32,689 nucleotides of DNA from a virus (lineage: Duplodnaviria; Caudoviricetes), in the IMG/VR virus record IMGVR_UViG_3300020045_003294, positions 1-32,689 of that record. One strand, given 5' to 3'. This document shows, in pieces, positions 27,977 through 32,689 of the stretch (position 1 is its first letter; every line of letters starts with the position of its first letter). Made by a program: the position numbers and the translations under genes. The notes beneath the pieces were generated by a model. That model saw only the letters and a list, made by a program, of their open reading frames with translations, searched no databases and was not told the DNA's origin.

Positions 27977-28212
27977 TATTTCTTAACCGTAAACATAGGC
28001 ATTATGTAACCACTTATTCCAATAAGGAAAATGATTGATCCTACGGCTGAGTATGCTATCCACGGAGATAATATATTCAGCCCATAGAACAACATACACA
28101 AACCAACAACAATACAAATATCACTTAAATCTATTTTTGATATTAGGAATACGATAGTGGAATTGATCAGATAAGATAATGCTTTGGTTAACTTTTTGAG
28201 TTTTAATATCAT
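27976..28212 (-). CDS. Small two-TM membrane protein preceding portal
   Basis: Hydrophobic 78 aa with TAATG overlap into the portal start. Confidence 0.7.
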   Translation of the reverse strand: MILKLKKLTKALSYLINSTIVFLISKIDLSDICIVVGLCMLFYGLNILSPWIAYSAVGSIIFLIGISGYIMPMFTVKK

Positions 28213-28251
28213 CTATGCAATCCACTGGAATGTGATTAGTATTTTGATAAG

Positions 28252-28297
28252 ATTATGGTAGATAAATAGGTAATTTTACAAGGGACAAAATAGGACA
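28252..28297 (-). promoter_or_regulatory. Candidate head-gene promoter with upstream direct repeats
   Basis: TTGTAA-N18-CATAAT with TGTCC twice at 10-bp spacing, abutting the -35. Confidence 0.4.
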
Positions 28298-28336
28298 TAA
28301 TTTACTGTATGTAATTATATAATATTATTTAATTAT

Positions 28337-28525
28337 TTATTGTATTGATTTCTGTTTTTTATTAAACAACCACTTATCTATTGCCTTTTTAGTAATGTAA
28401 GGATGCCCCGCTGCGTCACGCTTAACCGGCATCCCGCTCTTGCAATACCTCTGTGCGGTTTTATTAGAAACTTGCAGGTAGGATGAGATTTCATCCCAAT
28501 AGGATAAGGTGTTGGATTTGGTCAT
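28337..28525 (-). CDS. Small HTH (excisionase/MerR-like) DNA-binding protein
   Basis: WDEISSYLQVSNKTAQRY...GMPV...ITKKAIDKWL; GGAG RBS. Confidence 0.8.
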   Translation of the reverse strand: MTKSNTLSYWDEISSYLQVSNKTAQRYCKSGMPVKRDAAGHPYITKKAIDKWLFNKKQKSIQ

Positions 28526-28576
28526 TTGGTATTCTCCGGTTGTTTGTTTCTATTAACATTTAGTCTATCAATTTAA

Positions 28577-28663
28577 TGTGATGCGCTCACTTGCCGGAAG
28601 TCGGTGCGCGCCAGCTACGCTGGAAAGCCACGCGCCCCTTTATCCGGCTGCGTTCGCATCACA
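28577..28663. other. GC-rich nested inverted repeat (candidate structured RNA or hairpin DNA element)
   Basis: Pairs 28577-85/28655-63, 28593-98/28643-48, 28606-10/28631-35 and 28611-15/28619-23. Confidence 0.65.
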
Positions 28664-28696
28664 ATGGATTATTATTCGCTATAATGTGTAGTAATT

Positions 28697-30481
28697 TCAT
28701 ACGCTTATACGGGCAAGGATGGCTTCGACAGACATTCCTTCGTAACCTGATTTCTGTGGGATGCCTTTATTGTCACGACTTTTTAATCCTTCTGCCATAG
28801 CCAATGCTACACAACCATCGATCCGGAACCTCACCGCACTCTTATCTAATTTACGATTTCCTGCCGCATCACTGACTACCATCGCATTACTAACATTCCA
28901 AGTCAAGCAAGGTTGTGTATTGTGCATTAGAGTCCTATTTAATATAGCCCCCTCGAAAGCCTCTACTGCCGGAGTCATATCCTTGTATCCCTGCCCCCAC
29001 GGGACTAATCTAATCCCACCATTAGGCTCAATTACCGGATTTCCGTCTTTATCCTTCTTTTCTATGTAGCTCGCCAATCCAATAGCATCCATCGCATTAC
29101 GGAGATCGTCAATCCGGTATCTATCAAATGCTATGGCTATGATTGAATATGTTTGGCTTATTTTAGATAATTCCTCAGCAATATACGAATACTGAATTGA
29201 CTTCCCCGGCGTGGTATTGATATATCCTTGATTCTTCCATAATTTATACGGAACATGATCCCGATCTTCATGCTCCTGTAATGTCGCTTCTGGTTTCCAG
29301 AACCATGATATAGTATGGCTTATGGGGCCATTGGTGACTCCCTGCAAAGACGTTAAATCTGTCTTGCCTGATAGATCAAGGCCCATATACAATTCGCTTC
29401 CGGGGGCAATATCGTACTCACCAAAACATCCCTCCCACTCAGCACGGGGTATAAGGGGGGATTTCTGATCTACACATTGATTAAGATATAAATTCCGGAA
29501 AGAATTTTCAAACGATGGCATTCTAATGGCTTTATTGGCAAATTCTCTCATCTCGATCAAGGATCTAAAATCTCCGAGAGCAGGATTCGCCAAATACCAT
29601 TTATCCTCATTTGTTAAAGCATCATCTTCTTCCCCATCTTTAGCCATAGGACAAGCATAAAGATGGCAAACAATGCTGTCGCTTCTTTTACTTAGGCCAT
29701 CTCTGATTAACTCTGATAAAATATGTTGCGGGTCTTTTGATTGAGTAGATATGACAATAAATAATGGTTCTTCTCCAGCCTCCAATCTCGCTCCCATCGA
29801 GGTATCAAAGGCTTCATATAGATCTGTGGACTTTGCCTGTGCCAATTCATCATAAATAACCATCGTGGGGTTGTATCCCATCTTAGTCCCAGCTTCGGCA
29901 GATACGGCTTTGTAGGTTGTACCATTCGAGAAATTAACCATCGTCTTTGTAGATGGGACTATGGTTATAATAGAATTAAGTTCTTCATCAGCACGGACAA
30001 TTTGAGCTACGTAACGGAATACAATAGCAGCCTGTTCACGTTCGTTGGCAACGCTGTAAATTTCTCCATTCATGGTAGCTTCTGGACCGACAAGATGGAC
30101 AAGCACAAGGGCCGCGATCAACATGCTTTTTCCGTTTTTCCGAGCCATAGACAATATAGCGCGAAGGACTATCCGGGATAAATTCTTGTTGGTGGGATTG
30201 TATATATCCTTAATGAATAGCTTCTGGAATGGACGGAGAATAAATCGCCCACCCTTGCCTTTACCAGATGGGATTATGAGATTCTCAATGAAGTCAAATA
30301 CTAACTGGACCCGCAATGAATAATCGTATGTCTTTATCCAATATTTATTCAACTCCCACCATTCGGGAGTGTTTTTGAGATCCTTTTCTAAAAACAGATC
30401 AAAAGCCTTACGATCAGCGGTAGATAACTTTTTAAAATTGTTATTATTAATAGGTAGTTTTGGTTTACTTTTTACTGCCAC
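28697..30481 (-). CDS. terL: Terminase large subunit
   Basis: LRPFQ, Walker A ARKNGKS, Walker B VIYDE, IST coupling motif, nuclease GLDLS and RIDGCVALAMA. Confidence 0.97.
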   Translation of the reverse strand: MAVKSKPKLPINNNNFKKLSTADRKAFDLFLEKDLKNTPEWWELNKYWIKTYDYSLRVQLVFDFIENLIIPSGKGKGGRFILRPFQKLFIKDIYNPTNKNLSRIVLRAILSMARKNGKSMLIAALVLVHLVGPEATMNGEIYSVANEREQAAIVFRYVAQIVRADEELNSIITIVPSTKTMVNFSNGTTYKAVSAEAGTKMGYNPTMVIYDELAQAKSTDLYEAFDTSMGARLEAGEEPLFIVISTQSKDPQHILSELIRDGLSKRSDSIVCHLYACPMAKDGEEDDALTNEDKWYLANPALGDFRSLIEMREFANKAIRMPSFENSFRNLYLNQCVDQKSPLIPRAEWEGCFGEYDIAPGSELYMGLDLSGKTDLTSLQGVTNGPISHTISWFWKPEATLQEHEDRDHVPYKLWKNQGYINTTPGKSIQYSYIAEELSKISQTYSIIAIAFDRYRIDDLRNAMDAIGLASYIEKKDKDGNPVIEPNGGIRLVPWGQGYKDMTPAVEAFEGAILNRTLMHNTQPCLTWNVSNAMVVSDAAGNRKLDKSAVRFRIDGCVALAMAEGLKSRDNKGIPQKSGYEGMSVEAILARISV

Positions 30482-30953
30482 TTGATATCAGCCCCTTATA
30501 TTTACTCTTTGCTCCATCCGGAACTTTGCCCAATTGCGCCCTAGCTGATGCGCCTATCCCAAGCAATGCAGCGTATTTAACTACATCTCTCTTAGCTACA
30601 TTCGCCATGCCAACAAGGATGTTCTGGATAAGATTCCCGTTGAACGTTTGTTCTACCAATGCTTTTCGTGGATTTTCTAGTGCTTGGATTTTGAGTTGTT
30701 CATTACACCTACGCCACAAGGACACCGAATCGCAATAAGCAGCCAGTATCTTATCGTCAATTGCGTATAAAGTTTTCATCGCATATAAACCATCACACAC
30801 CTTGTTCCATTCCTCGATTGCATATTCATCAAGAAACAATGGCGGTATAGGAATTTCATCGGGAGGCGTAGGTTCGGTTTTTAGGGTACGCCTACCTGGA
30901 TTTCCTTTCATTTTTAATACATTAGATGGCGTCGGTAATCTTCCGCTTGTCAT
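30465..30953 (-). CDS. terS: Terminase small subunit, P27 family
   Basis: GRLPTP...GNPGRR, PPLFLDEYAIEEW, LAAYC and LGIGASAR motifs. Start at 30953 after AGGAGG. Confidence 0.93.
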   Translation of the reverse strand: MTSGRLPTPSNVLKMKGNPGRRTLKTEPTPPDEIPIPPLFLDEYAIEEWNKVCDGLYAMKTLYAIDDKILAAYCDSVSLWRRCNEQLKIQALENPRKALVEQTFNGNLIQNILVGMANVAKRDVVKYAALLGIGASARAQLGKVPDGAKSKYKGLISSGSKK

Positions 30954-31091
30954 ATTATTTCCTCCTGTACAGCCTACCGGGGCATTTACGCTTTTTCGGT
31001 GGCCTTGCATCTATTAACTGGATAAATTTATACATTGCTTTGTTGGATGATAAGCAAAATAGCGATGTTATTAAGAATATAAATCCTTTTA

Positions 31092-31415
31092 TCATTTTAC
31101 ACCCCACGAATGATTCGGATCAAGCGGCAACCCATCTGCCCCGCATCCCGGCATAATTCCCTTATTTTGTTGTATCCGCTTTGCTGAATCATGACACAAT
31201 TTACACACCGATCTATGGTTGCTCGGATCTACAAACAAATCCCATGAATCCACAAACGGTTTATGGTGATCCACGATTGTAGCTGGCCTCTCCTTGCCAC
31301 TCCGGAGACATATATAGCACAAAGGCTCACGGTTAAGCTGATTTAATCTGAGCCGTCTCCATAGAGTCGTATGATACCAAGGATGGCTTGAGTAGAGAGA
31401 TTTAGGAGTAGTCAT
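31092..31415 (-). CDS. HNH endonuclease (HK97 gp74-like packaging cofactor)
   Basis: EPLCYIC, ATIVDHHKP, NHRSVCKLCHD and GLPLDPNHSW; upstream of terS. Confidence 0.93.
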   Translation of the reverse strand: MTTPKSLYSSHPWYHTTLWRRLRLNQLNREPLCYICLRSGKERPATIVDHHKPFVDSWDLFVDPSNHRSVCKLCHDSAKRIQQNKGIMPGCGADGLPLDPNHSWGVK

Positions 31416-31441
31416 AATTCTATCTTACCACAATTATTAAG

Positions 31442-31528
31442 CGGAGGACAGAGGATTTGAACCTCTGCAACATTTCTGTTGGCCTATGATTAGCAATCAT
31501 GCCCATTACCATGCGCTGGCAGTCCTCC
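31442..31528 (-). tRNA. trnS: tRNA-Ser (GCT), CCA not encoded
   Basis: Acceptor GGAGGAC/GTCCTCC, G73, loop TT-GCT-AA, long variable arm CAACA-GAAA-TGTTG, T arm AGAGG-TTCAAAT-CCTCT. Confidence 0.9.
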
Positions 31529-31683
31529 AAGTTATTATTTTAGTCCGACCGACATAAAATGGGAGATACACTTTGATATATGATTAGCACCCTGTTTTAT
31601 GGCTGGAAAAGGTCGTCTCTCGTTTTCTTCCAGCGTTGCTCTGTACCCCTCAGCTTATCAAGGCTTAACTCATGCAGTATATT

Positions 31684-31769
31684 TGGCGGAAGAGACACGA
31701 TTTGAACGTGCAACCCTTTCGGGCGACGGTTTTCAAGACCGCTTGGCTCACCATGCTGCCCACTCTTCC
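31684..31769 (-). tRNA. trnS: tRNA-Ser (TGA)
   Basis: Acceptor GGAAGAG/CTCTTCC, G73, CCA, loop CT-TGA-AA, variable arm CCC-GAAA-GGG. Confidence 0.93.
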
Positions 31770-31771
31770 AT

Positions 31772-32134
31772 TTAATATATATCAATTTCCAATATTAACC
31801 ATTTACCAACATTACTTCTTAATTCTTCAAGCAAATCATGGCCCCCAATATTTATTTCTTCGTCTGTCCAAAGATAACCAGTATATTCAGAATAATGAGA
31901 TATAAATTTACAATCCGCTACCCCCATAATACTTTTCACAAATTCCTCTTGCGCTTCTTCTTTGCTGCATTCTTTTCCAGTAGTAAAATATCTGACAGTT
32001 ACTTGTCTACGAGTTATATCATTTTCCAATATTTTCGCTAATGGATCTTTGAGTGAAGACAGAAATAAAAAAACATCGTCCGCTTCTCCGTGACTATGAA
32101 TACTTATTAATCCTTTGTATATTTTTGTTTTCAT
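31772..32134 (-). CDS. Hypothetical protein (120 aa) between tRNA genes
   Basis: Start MKTKIYK at 32134 after AAGGA; the longer ORF-track start overlaps tRNA-Leu. Confidence 0.8.
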   Translation of the reverse strand: MKTKIYKGLISIHSHGEADDVFLFLSSLKDPLAKILENDITRRQVTVRYFTTGKECSKEEAQEEFVKSIMGVADCKFISHYSEYTGYLWTDEEINIGGHDLLEELRSNVGKWLILEIDIY

Positions 32135-32156
32135 GTATTTATTCCTTTTTATGATT

Positions 32157-32233
32157 TGGTAGAGGCAGTCAGATTTGAACTGACACTTTGCAAATTTTAA
32201 GTCTGCTGACTCTACCAATTGGCCTACGCCCCC
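32157..32233 (-). tRNA. trnL: tRNA with Leu (TAA) anticodon and short variable loop
   Basis: GGGGGCG/TGCCTCT-A-CCA, GCAGA-CT-TAA-AA-TTTGC, GTCAG-TTCAAAT-CTGAC; 77 nt. Confidence 0.88.
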
Positions 32234-32334
32234 TTAATATCCAATCGCATCTTCTTAATTGGATTCCTCGTAAATCTTCTCCCACTTCTTAGCTTCTCCC
32301 TCAGCGCGCAATTTCGCAAAAAAATAGGGTAGGG

Positions 32335-32350
32335 TAGAACGAGCGTTCTA
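32335..32350. promoter_or_regulatory. Palindromic operator candidate (GAAC-N4-GTTC, LexA-box-like)
   Basis: TAGAACG-AG-CGTTCTA in the divergent intergenic region. Confidence 0.5.
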
Positions 32351-32444
32351 TTTCGGATAAAAAATGACAAAATAGACAAAATTAACGTAAATTGCTAATA
32401 TTAATAAGCAATATAAAATAAATAAGAATTATTAAAAATAATGT

Positions 32445-32472
32445 TTGACAATTATATAGAAATATATATAAT
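32445..32472 (+). promoter_or_regulatory. Sigma70-type promoter
   Basis: TTGACA-N16-TATAAT with AT-rich upstream sequence, 40 bp before the ATG at 32513. Confidence 0.8.
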
Positions 32473-32512
32473 TGATTCAAAATTAACAACAAAATTAACA
32501 AGAGGATATATT

Positions 32513-32689
32513 ATGAAACAAATGTTAGATACTCAAAGGAATGTAGCAGTTAAGCCTCACGCCATGACGATTATTTTACCATTGGAATTGCATCAGGCGT
32601 TGCTTAAGCGGACTAAACTTGAGGGTAGGAAGCCAGCGGCTATGGCAAGGAGGATATTGGAAGAAGTGTTGATGAAAGACATTAATAAA
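32513..32689 (+). CDS. Ribbon-helix-helix (CopG/Arc-like) regulator; stop outside window
   Basis: MKQMLDTQRNVAVKPHAMTIILPLELHQALLKRTKLEGRKPAAMARRILEEVL...; AGAGGA RBS. Confidence 0.7.
   Translation, partial: MKQMLDTQRNVAVKPHAMTIILPLELHQALLKRTKLEGRKPAAMARRILEEVLMKDINK

Noticed and set aside
28591-28800. Plus-strand 69-aa ORF
   Set aside because: TTG start without RBS, antisense to terL, and it spans the inverted-repeat element.
28697-30481. Intein or intron in terL, or intein as the connector insert
   Set aside because: TerL is of normal length with contiguous motifs, and I saw no intein-like splice-junction motifs flanking the connector insert.
31011-31091. cos site between HNH and terS
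   Set aside because: This is the expected position, but no recognisable sequence supports it; terminus mapping is needed.
2214-31156. Numerous short nested or antisense ORFs in the ORF track
   Set aside because: They lie within well-supported genes and lack RBS or recognisable motifs.
1039-31415. Stop-codon reassignment
   Set aside because: Long genes are intact in code 11, and TAA, TAG and TGA all end genes at sensible junctions.
31416-31683. HDV-like (theta) or hammerhead ribozyme after the tRNAs
   Set aside because: The sequence directly 3' of each tRNA is AT-rich, and I found no CUGANGA/GAAA core or nested pseudoknot by eye.
31597-31905. ORFs 31597..31785 and 31672..31905
   Set aside because: They overlap a well-formed tRNA-Ser gene.
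32135-32218. N-terminal extension of ORF 31772..32218
   Set aside because: It lies within tRNA-Leu; the start at 32134 has its own RBS.
31684-32233. Suppressor or selenocysteine tRNAs (TGA, TAA)
   Set aside because: These are anticodons read 5'-3' and decode UCA (Ser) and UUA (Leu), not stop codons.

Overview
This is the morphogenesis (late) half of a tailed dsDNA phage or prophage with an HK97-type head and a long non-contractile tail, encoded almost entirely on the minus strand. In transcription order (right to left): three tRNAs (Leu-TAA, Ser-TGA, Ser-GCT), HNH nuclease, terS, terL, small HTH, portal, ClpP-type prohead protease, major capsid, head accessory proteins, a lysis cluster, an enlarged head-tail connector, head closure and tail terminator. 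A first methyltransferase/glycosyltransferase module follows, then tail tube, two tail chaperones joined by a -1 frameshift, a gp10-like protein, tape measure, Dit and tail hub. A second glycosyltransferase module and a Thr/Gln-rich collagen-like protein (cut by the left edge) end the operon. A divergent RHH-like regulator gene starts at the right edge. The best candidate for a new system is the pair of glycosylation/methylation modules inside the structural operon. Each begins with the same 12-bp junction (AGAAAGGATAAT) and ends in a copy of an unrecognised ~100-nt covarying RNA element fused to a terminator, directly ahead of a structural gene. All family assignments come from reading motifs by eye; no database searches or folding programs were run.
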